From the NCBI GenBank assembly GCA_046483495.1, contig JAWODC010000069.1:1-34086 (forward strand): DNA of 34,086 bases. The letters are read 5' to 3'. Below the pieces are notes generated by a model. The model searched no databases and was not told the origin of the DNA. It saw only the letters and a program-made list of their open reading frames with translations. A program made the position numbers and the translations under genes. Of this stretch, positions 25,670 through 34,086 are shown piece by piece. Source of the stretch: Desulfobacterales bacterium (GTDB lineage Bacteria; Desulfobacterota; Desulfobacteria; Desulfobacterales; UBA5616). The first letter of the stretch is position 1. Each line of letters starts with the position of its first letter.

Positions 25670-26509
25670 ATGGGCTGTATTCGAGTAGTCGTGTTCGCCG
25701 GCGGCCCGGGCATGGCCAAGGGCCTGAAGCCGTTTATTCATCGACTGGCCACGCATTCGGAGATTTTCCTGGCAGGGGTGTTTTGCCAATCGGAAGCACC
25801 GACACTGCGGGCCGTGTTCAAGGACCGATGGCGCCGCCGGCGCCTTCTTGCCCTGCCCGTACTGCTGGCGGAATTCGCCGGGGCAATCGAACGCCGCATG
25901 GTTCAGCCGACGGTCGAAAAGGCGCTGAATCGGACCATAGCCGGTTTGGCCGACCGTATTATATTCGTGCCGGACATTCATGCGCCGGGGGTCATAGGGC
26001 ATGTCAAATCCCTCGAACCCGATGTGGGGCTCAGCTACGGCAGCCCCATTCTGAAGCCGGATTTGTTCGATATTCCTGTTTGGGGCACATTGGGGATCCA
26101 CCACGGCAAGGTGCCCGAATATCGGGGGAAGAAAACGGATTTCTGGGCCATGTACAACGGCGAAGCAACGGTGGACGTGACCATTATGAAGATCAATGCC
26201 GGACTGGATACGGGATACGTCGTCAAGGAAGGGGCTGTGGCCGTCGGGCGCCGCTCCTATCGCAAGGTTTCACGAAAGCTGGAAGCCTTGGGTATCGACC
26301 TGTATATCGAAGCCATTCTCGATGTAAAAGCGGGGACTGCCGCATACAGGCCGCAGGCGGGCAAAAAGGGAAAACTTTACCGTGACCCGGGCATTGCCGA
26401 CATCGTGAAGCTATACCGAAAACAGCTTGTTGGATTGCCGGCGCAGAAAACAGTACGATCCAAAAATATCCCGTGTTCCGGTTCGATTCCGGGAAGCCGG
26501 ACAAAGTGA
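25670..26509 (+). CDS. Formyltransferase family protein
   Basis: ILKPDLFDIP-WGTLGIHHGKVPEYRG, VTIMKINAGLDTG (Fmt/PurN-like folate motifs). Confidence 0.85.
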   Translation: MGCIRVVVFAGGPGMAKGLKPFIHRLATHSEIFLAGVFCQSEAPTLRAVFKDRWRRRRLLALPVLLAEFAGAIERRMVQPTVEKALNRTIAGLADRIIFVPDIHAPGVIGHVKSLEPDVGLSYGSPILKPDLFDIPVWGTLGIHHGKVPEYRGKKTDFWAMYNGEATVDVTIMKINAGLDTGYVVKEGAVAVGRRSYRKVSRKLEALGIDLYIEAILDVKAGTAAYRPQAGKKGKLYRDPGIADIVKLYRKQLVGLPAQKTVRSKNIPCSGSIPGSRTK

Positions 26510-27258
26510 TGAATCAGCGCATACTTGTTGTCATTCCGGCGTTTAATGAAGAGAAAACGATTGCGTCGATCATCGGCGGCCTCAGGGACGCCGCTCCTGA
26601 TTTCGATCGCGTGGTCGTCAATGACGGTTCGAAGGACGACACAGGAGAAATTGTAGCTGCGCTTGGGGAAAAGCAGCTTCTGCTGCCGTGTAACCTCGGT
26701 TATGGGCGGGCATTGCAAACCGGCCTGAGGTACGCGCTGCTTAAGGGATATGACCTCATCGTCAGCTTTGACGCCGACGGCCAGCACCATGCCGAGGATG
26801 TCCCCCGCCTGATTTTCGTGCTCAACCAAAGCGGGGCGGATTTGGTGATCGGGTCCCGGTATTATCATAAACAGCAGCATAAAACCACATGCGGCAGGCG
26901 GCTGGGCCAGTTGATCTTTTCCTGTTTGACGCTTGGATTGATGGGACGGCGCATCTACGATACGACCTCCGGATTCAGGGCGCTGAGCAGAGGGGCGTGT
27001 GAGGTGATCGTCGACGGAGCCTTTATGGATTTTCATACTGAAACCATCGTGAAATTGGGCCTTTCCGGCTTCGATATCGTGGAGGTGCCCATAACCATGG
27101 AAGAACGCTGCACGGGCCGGTCCATGCATTCGTTTGCCAGTATTTTCCACTATCCGCTGCAAACCGTGCTGCTGACGATTGTAGCCGTAGTCGATTCACT
27201 TTTAACAAGGAGGGCAAAATGGCCGGCCAGGGAATCAGCATCCAAGGAATCATCCTGA
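26509..27258 (+). CDS. Glycosyltransferase family 2, DPM1-like (polyprenol-phosphate glycosyltransferase type)
   Basis: IPAFNEE, VVNDGSKDDT, NLGYGRALQTG, FDADGQH, DTTSGFRA; ATG overlaps the upstream TGA. Confidence 0.9.
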   Translation: MNQRILVVIPAFNEEKTIASIIGGLRDAAPDFDRVVVNDGSKDDTGEIVAALGEKQLLLPCNLGYGRALQTGLRYALLKGYDLIVSFDADGQHHAEDVPRLIFVLNQSGADLVIGSRYYHKQQHKTTCGRRLGQLIFSCLTLGLMGRRIYDTTSGFRALSRGACEVIVDGAFMDFHTETIVKLGLSGFDIVEVPITMEERCTGRSMHSFASIFHYPLQTVLLTIVAVVDSLLTRRAKWPARESASKESS

Positions 27259-27638
27259 TCGACCTTATCGGGTTTGTCCTGATCATTCTGATCGTGAACC
27301 TTGTCCGTACCCGTAAACTGCACGTCGGCTACGGCGTCATATGGCTGCTGGCGGTGTCGGCCATGATGATCATGATATCCTTTCGGCCGCTGCTGATCTC
27401 CGTTACAATGGCCGTTGGGGCGACTTACCCCGCTTCTGCGCTGAGCCTTCTCGCCTTTATTCTGATTTTTCTTTTTCTGATTTTTTTCAGCGTACAGCTC
27501 TCGGCAATTGCCGAGCGGCAGGTCGAACTGGCGCAGTCACACGCCCTGCGCGAGTTGTTGAATCAGGAATCCCGAGAGCGGATCGAAACAAAGGAGAAGA
27601 CGGAAAGCAAGGAGGACGATTTTGAATCCCGCTCCTAA
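27219..27638 (+). CDS. DUF2304-like small membrane protein
   Basis: Three hydrophobic helices, VRTRKL...W, VGATYP and a C-terminal ELAQ helix; directly follows the DPM1-like GT2, the usual context. Confidence 0.72.
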   Translation: MAGQGISIQGIILIDLIGFVLIILIVNLVRTRKLHVGYGVIWLLAVSAMMIMISFRPLLISVTMAVGATYPASALSLLAFILIFLFLIFFSVQLSAIAERQVELAQSHALRELLNQESRERIETKEKTESKEDDFESRS

Positions 27639-28875
27639 TATCTGCATCATCACGGAAACTTATTATCCTGTGGTCGGCGGAGGCGAAACACAGGCCAGAG
27701 CTCTGGCCGAAGGCCTGTCGGCCAGGGGATTCGCGGTTTTTGTGCTTACCCGCCGTTCACATGAATCGTTTCCGAAGATCGAACAGGTCGGCCCGATCAC
27801 CGTTTTCCGATTGCCGCCGAAAGGCCGCGCACATTATTGGAAATGGGGTCTGCTTGTCACCGGTTTGACGGCGCTGATCGGGCTGCGCAGCCGCTGCGAC
27901 GTGATATTTGTATCCGGCTTCCGCGTGCTTGGGGTTCCCGCAGTGATTGCAGGCAAGCTCCTCGATAAGCCGTGCATTCTCAAAGCGGACAGTCTGGGCG
28001 AAATGTCCGGCGCTTTTTTTGCCGGCGGTTTGGCGAAATGGGGCTGGAGACCGACGGCCTTTCCGATCAGGGCATTCCTAAAGATTCGCAATAAAATCTT
28101 GAATCAAGCCGATGTTTTTGTCGCCGTATGCAAGGACATCGCTGAAGAATTGACAAAACATGGATTGGATTCCAAACGGATATGCCGAATACCCAACGGT
28201 GTCGACACCCGCACATTTTGCCCGGTGAGTACGGCGGAAAAGCGGTGCCTGCGCAGCAAGTTGTCGCTTCCACGGGACGATACGATCGTCACGTACTCCG
28301 GGAGGCTGGTTGCTTATAAAGGATTGCCGCTCTTGATGACCGTTTGGAATGAACTGCAGAAACAAAGGAAACGAGCGACCCTCTTGCTTTTGGGATCCGG
28401 TGGATTGGACATCCACAATTGCGAAGGGGAGCTCAAGAGCTATGTCAACATGCATGGACTTCGAAACCGTGTCATTTTCACCGGCGAGGTCCGCAATGTG
28501 CACGAATACCTGCAGGCATCCGATATCTTCATATTTCCAACGCAAAATGAAGCATTCGGGCTCTCACTGGTCGAAGCCATGGCATGCGGCCTCCCGTGCA
28601 TTTCTACCGCGGTAGGCGGAATTTTGGATATCGTCACCCATTTGCATGACGGTGTTCTCGTCAGATCCGGTGATTTTCGGCAAACCCGCCAGGCACTGGA
28701 TGATCTGATGACCGACACCGCTCTTGCGGACCGCCTTGGCAATGCCGCAGTACAGACAGTGCGGGATACGTTTTCGATGGAAAATGTTACCCGTTCTTAT
28801 GAATGTCTCTTCGCGGAGATTGCCCGCTCATCCGGCAACCTTTTTTCCCGAGCCGAACAGGAGGCAGGGATTTAG
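27622..28875 (+). CDS. Glycosyltransferase family 4 (GT-B)
   Basis: TTG start; YPVVGGGE, IPNGVD, GRLVAYKG, EAFGLSLVEAMACGLP. Confidence 0.92.
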   Translation: MNPAPNICIITETYYPVVGGGETQARALAEGLSARGFAVFVLTRRSHESFPKIEQVGPITVFRLPPKGRAHYWKWGLLVTGLTALIGLRSRCDVIFVSGFRVLGVPAVIAGKLLDKPCILKADSLGEMSGAFFAGGLAKWGWRPTAFPIRAFLKIRNKILNQADVFVAVCKDIAEELTKHGLDSKRICRIPNGVDTRTFCPVSTAEKRCLRSKLSLPRDDTIVTYSGRLVAYKGLPLLMTVWNELQKQRKRATLLLLGSGGLDIHNCEGELKSYVNMHGLRNRVIFTGEVRNVHEYLQASDIFIFPTQNEAFGLSLVEAMACGLPCISTAVGGILDIVTHLHDGVLVRSGDFRQTRQALDDLMTDTALADRLGNAAVQTVRDTFSMENVTRSYECLFAEIARSSGNLFSRAEQEAGI

Positions 28876-28889
28876 GCAGGCAAAACAGA

Positions 28890-30683
28890 ATGCGGATCAA
28901 GACTGCTGCTTTATCGATGCATGCATTCAACGGTAGATTCGGCCTGGAGTCGGAAGATTTTTTCCGACTTTGGTTAAAAACCGCCTTTCGGGTGTTGGTG
29001 GTGGTCATGGGCGCCATGCACACGTGGGCCGCGGTTGTCGCCCATTCGATGAGTGAAGACGGCATCAATTACCTGGATATGGGGGACGCTTATTTGCGCG
29101 GCGACTGGGGTATGGCCCTGAATACGGTCTGGAGTCCGATGTATGCCTGGATTTTGGGGTTGGTTCAACATGTCGTAAGACCGCCCATGCGCTGGGAATT
29201 TCCAGTGGTGCAGTTTGTGAATTTCGGCATATATCTATCGGCCCTGATGGGTTTTGAATTTTTTTGGCGGGAACTGACCCGGTACCGGCAGAATAAAACG
29301 TGGAACCTGTCCGACGGCACTATTTCGCTGCCGTATTGGGCATGGGAACCATTGGGTTATTCTCTTTTTCTCTGGTCTTCCCTGTCCTTGATTAACATCT
29401 GGGCGGTCACGCCCGATATGCTGATGACTGTCTGGGTATACATCGCCGCCGGTCTCATTCTGCGCATTCGCATGGGTTTGGGTACATGGTCCACCTTCGG
29501 CGTTCTCGGGATGATACTGGGATTCGCCTTTTTGACAAAGGCCGTGATGTTTCCCCTTGCATTCATTTTCCTTGTGGTTGCCCTGTTTTCGACGGAACAT
29601 TTTAAGACGGCCCTGCCGCGGGTCACGGTGGCTTTTGTTGTTTTTCTTCTTCTCAGTGGGCCCTATATTGCGGCGATATCCACAGCGAAGGGGAGGCTGA
29701 CCTTCGGTGACGCCGGCCGGCTGACGTATGCCCGCTATGTAAACGGCATTCCTTACCCGCACTGGCAAGGCGGACCGGCGGAAAACGGCACCCCGGACCA
29801 TCCTTCCCGAAAAATCTGGAACGAACCGCCCATATACGAATTTGGAGACCCTGTCGGGGGAACCTACCCGATCGGTTATGATCCTTCTTATTGGTACGAG
29901 GGGATGGATGCCCGGATGAACATAAAACGGCAGTTCAGCCGTATTATGGCCGGCCTCTTATTCTATTTCGACCTGTTTTTGCATCGGCAAGGGGTGCTGG
30001 TGGCGGCCGCCTTCTTCGTCTTTTGGACGGGGTATCGGAAAAAGATTTCACTGCGGCATGTCTTCCGGCGGGCAGGTCTCCTTGCCGTCGCATTCGCCGC
30101 CCTTGGGATCTACGCCCTGGTTTATGTCGAGGAAAGATACATCGGTGTTTTTCTCGTTCTTTTATGGGCGGATATACTGGCCGGCATGCGATTCCCACGA
30201 TCCCGGATATCCGGAAGATTGGCTTCAGGTGTAAGTGTGGCCATGGTCCTTTTTCTGCTGCTCAATGTTTTTGCATTCAATGTGAAAGGACTCATCGACC
30301 TCGGCGGTAGTGCCGGACGGAAAAATGAAAATCGTCAACCGGCAAAGGCGCCCAGCGGGCCGGGTGAAGTGGCCGAGGAACTGCTCCGATTGGGGGTGGC
30401 CGCAAATGACAAAGTGGGCGTGATCGGGTATGGCTTCGGAGCCTTTTGGGCCAGGCTGGCGCGCGTTCAGATTGCAGCCGAAGTGTTATACCGGGATGCC
30501 GATGATCTTCGTATGGAAGACCTTTCACCGGGATCGGAAGTCATTCGGGCGTTTGCCGCCACCGGCATAAAGGCCATCGTGGCCGAGTGCATGCCGGCTT
30601 GTGCCGGTCTTGAGGATTGGCATCGGGTAGGGCGGTCGGATTGCTATATTCATGTTTTGGAGCATGCCGGAAAAGATGAATGA
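28890..30683 (+). CDS. Polytopic membrane protein, GT-C-like (ArnT/PMT-like) glycosyltransferase candidate
   Basis: About 11-13 TM segments; acidic motif EDGINYLD after TM1; WSPMY, TPD, AFLTK, ERY. Start estimated. Confidence 0.6.
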   Translation: MRIKTAALSMHAFNGRFGLESEDFFRLWLKTAFRVLVVVMGAMHTWAAVVAHSMSEDGINYLDMGDAYLRGDWGMALNTVWSPMYAWILGLVQHVVRPPMRWEFPVVQFVNFGIYLSALMGFEFFWRELTRYRQNKTWNLSDGTISLPYWAWEPLGYSLFLWSSLSLINIWAVTPDMLMTVWVYIAAGLILRIRMGLGTWSTFGVLGMILGFAFLTKAVMFPLAFIFLVVALFSTEHFKTALPRVTVAFVVFLLLSGPYIAAISTAKGRLTFGDAGRLTYARYVNGIPYPHWQGGPAENGTPDHPSRKIWNEPPIYEFGDPVGGTYPIGYDPSYWYEGMDARMNIKRQFSRIMAGLLFYFDLFLHRQGVLVAAAFFVFWTGYRKKISLRHVFRRAGLLAVAFAALGIYALVYVEERYIGVFLVLLWADILAGMRFPRSRISGRLASGVSVAMVLFLLLNVFAFNVKGLIDLGGSAGRKNENRQPAKAPSGPGEVAEELLRLGVAANDKVGVIGYGFGAFWARLARVQIAAEVLYRDADDLRMEDLSPGSEVIRAFAATGIKAIVAECMPACAGLEDWHRVGRSDCYIHVLEHAGKDE

Positions 30684-31587
30684 ACTGCGAAAACCGCTCC
30701 CCAAAGCCATGAAAGAGACCCGGCCGATTCTGGAAGACATTACGATCGTTATTCCCACGCTCGGTCGGCCGATTCTTGAAAACTGCCTCTATTGGATTGC
30801 ATCAGGCAGTGCATGGCCCGGCGGTTTGGTTGTCGTGGACCAGGGGTCGAACCCGCAGGCAAGGGGTTGGGTTGAAACGTTGAAGGAATTCGGCATCGAT
30901 GCCCTGTATCTGCCGTCTGGTCAACGGGGCCGCGCCTCCGGCATAAACCGGGGGCTTACGAACGTGAAAACCCGCTTTGCAGCGATAACCGATGATGACT
31001 GTTTTGTGGCGGCCGAGTGGATCGAAATCATGGCGAAGTTATCGGCTGAAAATTCCGGGGCCATTCTAACAGGGCGGATCGAAGCAGCCGGTGAAGGCGT
31101 GCCCGTGGCAGTCACTTCTCAGGTGCCGGCCGCCTATCGTTATCCGAGACTGACTTTTGATTCGATGTCCGGCGGAAACATGGGGACATCCATGTCCGTT
31201 TTCGATAAGGTCGGCCCCTTTGACGAATCTTCCTTCGTCAGAACGGCGGAAGACGCCGAATGGGCATATCGTGCCCTACGTGCGGGTGTGCCCATTATTT
31301 ACGCGCCCGAGTTGGTCGTGCGGCATTTTGGGTGGCGGGATGACCACAAGCGGCTTACACAGATCAGAGATTATGCCCGCAGCCATGGCGGTTTTTACGG
31401 CAAATATCTGCGAAAGGGGGATGCCTTCATCGCCGTGCGTGCAATGGTTCACCACGGACGTGCTTTGCGCTGGTGGCTGCGCGGGATGATGACGAAAAAT
31501 CGACCGATGGCATTCTACGGATGGGCTTATTTGACCGGTCTTCTCCCGGGGATCATAGCGGGCATGCGGAAAGGGGGCGCCGCGTGA
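30676..31587 (+). CDS. Glycosyltransferase family 2
   Basis: IVIPTLGR, VVVDQGS, TDDDC, GGNMG, AEDAEWAYRA. Start estimated. Confidence 0.9.
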   Translation: MNELRKPLPKAMKETRPILEDITIVIPTLGRPILENCLYWIASGSAWPGGLVVVDQGSNPQARGWVETLKEFGIDALYLPSGQRGRASGINRGLTNVKTRFAAITDDDCFVAAEWIEIMAKLSAENSGAILTGRIEAAGEGVPVAVTSQVPAAYRYPRLTFDSMSGGNMGTSMSVFDKVGPFDESSFVRTAEDAEWAYRALRAGVPIIYAPELVVRHFGWRDDHKRLTQIRDYARSHGGFYGKYLRKGDAFIAVRAMVHHGRALRWWLRGMMTKNRPMAFYGWAYLTGLLPGIIAGMRKGGAA

Positions 31588-33062
31588 CGGGTGTTTCCTT
31601 TCCGCGAATGGGCAATGCCATATACTGGCAAATGATCCAGCATGTGGGTGTAAAGGCAATCTTCGTAATCCGCCTGATGGTTCTGGCCTGGCTTTTGTCT
31701 CCCGATGATTTCGGTCTATTGGCCATAGCCGGCATATGCGTTGATGTCATGATGCGAATTACGAATTTCGGCATGGTGCCGGCCCTGGTTCAACGGTCCA
31801 CGGCTGATGAAGATCATTACAGGGTGGCCTGGACGATCGGTATGATGCGGGCTCTTTCGGTAGCCTGCGTAATCATCATTGCCGCCCCGGCGGCAGCCCG
31901 CATATTCGCCGAGCCGAGGGCCACGAATCTTATACTCGTTTTGGCGCTTCGCCCCATCCTGGATGCGGGGGCCAGCATTCATATCGCACGCCTGATCCGC
32001 GATCTCCATTTTCGTTCACCGGCGCTGCTGCACGTAACGAAGGCTGTCGCCAATACGGCGGTCGCCGTTTTATCGGCTCAGTGGCTGGGAGCCTGGGCGC
32101 TGGTCGCAGGGGCGCTGGCAGGATCCGGTGCTTTTTTGATCGGCTCTTACTTTGCGGCTCCCTTCCGACCCCGGTTTTGTCTGAATAAACCGGCCGCCCG
32201 GTCTCTGATTCGGTTCGGAAAATGGATATTTTTTGCCGGTTTGGTCGCTATTGCCGGACAAACGGTTTTGCGTCTACTGATTGCGCGCCGGCTCGGTGCC
32301 GCCGAATTGGGTCTTTATTATTTGGCTGCAGGACTTGCGTTTCTTCCATCCGATGTCGCCGGCCAGGTGGTGGGGCAGGTCGCGTTCCCTTTTTATGCAC
32401 GGATGCAGTCGGATTTAGAAAGGTTGTCTGTTGCGTTCCGCTCCATATTGACCGGGCTTTCGGCGATCTTGGTCCCGGCCTGCATTTTGCTGATCGCCCT
32501 TGCGCCTTCCCTGGTCGAAAACCTGCTCGGACCCGACTGGAAAGGCACCACCTCCATTATCCAGGTGCTTGCACTGTCGAGCATGATCGGTTTGTTTGGG
32601 GACACGATGGTACCGATTCTTCACGGGACAGGCCGGCCCGATCACAATATGGTGCTCGAGGCGGTCCAGTCCTTCCTTTTGATTGTCATGGCATGGCTGC
32701 TTACCGGCACCTACGGCGTCATGGGGGCGGCCGTTGCCTGGCTGCCGGCGACCGGCACGACTCAGATTATCGGTGTCATCATGCTGCGAGCTATGCTTCC
32801 GCAGCCGTTTGCCGACCTGGCCAAACCGTTGACCGCCATTGCCTTCGTTTCGGTCTTTGCGGCCGGTACGGCGGTGGGTGTTGAACGAATGATCCCCGGA
32901 CCGATCGGGGTCATATCGGCAGGGGTGTTGGGTATGGCCGTCACGGGGTGGCTCTTCTGGTGCATCGAACGGCGGTTCAGGGTGGGCCTTTCGGATGGTT
33001 TGGTGCAAGCCTTTCCGTACATGGCATCGTTTGTAGGATTGCCGAATAGGCAGGCAATCTGA
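31584..33062 (+). CDS. wzx: Wzx-type (MOP superfamily, WzxC-like) oligosaccharide flippase
   Basis: GTGA overlap with the upstream gene; LAWLLSPDDFGL, ALVQ, LGAAELGLY, LLGPDW; many TM helices. Confidence 0.85.
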   Translation: MTGVSFPRMGNAIYWQMIQHVGVKAIFVIRLMVLAWLLSPDDFGLLAIAGICVDVMMRITNFGMVPALVQRSTADEDHYRVAWTIGMMRALSVACVIIIAAPAAARIFAEPRATNLILVLALRPILDAGASIHIARLIRDLHFRSPALLHVTKAVANTAVAVLSAQWLGAWALVAGALAGSGAFLIGSYFAAPFRPRFCLNKPAARSLIRFGKWIFFAGLVAIAGQTVLRLLIARRLGAAELGLYYLAAGLAFLPSDVAGQVVGQVAFPFYARMQSDLERLSVAFRSILTGLSAILVPACILLIALAPSLVENLLGPDWKGTTSIIQVLALSSMIGLFGDTMVPILHGTGRPDHNMVLEAVQSFLLIVMAWLLTGTYGVMGAAVAWLPATGTTQIIGVIMLRAMLPQPFADLAKPLTAIAFVSVFAAGTAVGVERMIPGPIGVISAGVLGMAVTGWLFWCIERRFRVGLSDGLVQAFPYMASFVGLPNRQAI

Positions 33063-33085
33063 ACATTATCGACGATAAAGACTGA

Positions 33086-33823
33086 ATGATCGATTCCTTG
33101 CGATTTTTGGCAAATTTGATACCCGTTTCTGCGCGCCGGGCGCTCGTGCGCTATACCCGCCGGCCGCCGGTTGGATGGGTGCGGTTCGGCGATTTCAGGC
33201 GGCTGCACCCCATCAGTCCTCAATGGGGAAGCGAGCGGGGCAAGCCGATTGACCGTTATTACATCGAGCAGTTTCTGGCTGCCCATTCAGCGGACATCCG
33301 GGGGCGTGTCCTGGAAATTGGAGACGACGCCTACACGCGGATGTTCGGCGGCAGCGGCGTCATCCAAACCGATGTCCTGCACGTGGCAGAGAACAGGTCG
33401 AATGTCACGATTATCGGTGACTTGACCGATGCCGGTCATATCCCCTCGGACAGCTTTGACTGCATTATCCTGACCCAGACCCTACAGTTCATTTACGACC
33501 TGAGGTCGGCCATCCGGACCCTGTATCGCATTTTGCAGCCGGGAGGCGTGGTTCTGGTGACGATTCCCGGTATCAGCAAAAGCAGCCGCTATGATATGGA
33601 GCGGTGGGGCTATTACTGGAGCTTCACCACCATGTCCGTGCGGCGATTGTTTGAGACCGCCTTTCCCACAGACCGGGTTGAGGTTCGCGCACACGGAAAT
33701 GTGCTTGCCGCCGTCGGCTTTTTGCATGGATTGGCCACAAGGGAATTGAAAAAAGAAGAGTTGGATTTTGAAGATCCGGATTATGAATTGCTGATCACAC
33801 TCAGAGCGGTAAGGCCCGAATGA
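33086..33823 (+). CDS. Class I SAM-dependent methyltransferase
   Basis: RGKPIDRYYIEQFL, VLEIGDD, FDCIILTQTLQ, RILQPGG. Confidence 0.85.
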   Translation: MIDSLRFLANLIPVSARRALVRYTRRPPVGWVRFGDFRRLHPISPQWGSERGKPIDRYYIEQFLAAHSADIRGRVLEIGDDAYTRMFGGSGVIQTDVLHVAENRSNVTIIGDLTDAGHIPSDSFDCIILTQTLQFIYDLRSAIRTLYRILQPGGVVLVTIPGISKSSRYDMERWGYYWSFTTMSVRRLFETAFPTDRVEVRAHGNVLAAVGFLHGLATRELKKEELDFEDPDYELLITLRAVRPE

Positions 33824-34086
33824 ACCACGTGAGAATTCCCGGATTGAAGCGAATCGAGCCGGTTGTCGATCGGCTGAAAAGCCGATTTATTCCGGGTGCA
33901 CTCCTATTGGGATACCACTGCGTCGATGATGGTCGTGATTATTCCCGTTCAGGGTCCGTCACACCGCAGCATTTTGCCGAACAGCTAAAGGTGCTGAAAC
34001 GTTCGGGCAATGTGATCCGCTTGAAAGATCTGGTTGCCATGCTTCAGGAAAAACGCCGGATCGAACCTGCCGTCGTTTTGACCTTC
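33820..34086 (+). CDS. Polysaccharide deacetylase (NodB/CE4 family), N-terminal part, runs off the right edge
   Basis: Manual translation MNHVRIPG...LLLGYHCV...VTPQHFAEQLKVLK...AVVLTF, ending at the start of the expected LTFDD motif; ATGA overlap; absent from the ORF track. Confidence 0.82.
   Translation, partial: MNHVRIPGLKRIEPVVDRLKSRFIPGALLLGYHCVDDGRDYSRSGSVTPQHFAEQLKVLKRSGNVIRLKDLVAMLQEKRRIEPAVVLTF

Overview
Accessory bacterial region, probably Desulfobacterales-like Deltaproteobacteria (inferred from gene content and the integrase and repeat types). The left end is the boundary of an integrated element: the N-terminal part of a tyrosine integrase (1-630, minus strand, absent from the ORF track) next to a 50-nt 3' fragment of tRNA-Glu(TTC) (att site, 787-836). 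A second, degenerate tRNA-Glu 3' copy at 2749-2791 brackets an acyl-CoA synthetase. Next come a stand-alone GAPDH, an outer-membrane beta-barrel, a YbhG/F/S/R-type ABC exporter, a tandem RCK-C (TrkA-C) ORF, an 11 x 9-bp tandem array and a phage-like P-loop NMP-kinase gene. A signalling cluster follows (lone receiver; PAS-kinase-REC hybrid lacking the canonical H-box His; sensor-less HisKA_3 kinase), interrupted by a 146-bp palindromic MITE-like element and a secreted WxxGxW-repeat protein. From about 18.1 kb to the end is a co-oriented surface-polysaccharide/glycan cluster: 3 methyltransferases, epimerase, AsnB amidotransferase, LbH acyltransferase, 2 GT4, 2 GT2, PIG-L deacetylase, formyltransferase, DUF2304, GT-C-like membrane protein, Wzx flippase and a truncated polysaccharide deacetylase. 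No CRISPR array, rRNA or intact tRNA was seen. Family assignments come from motif recognition only; no searches were run.
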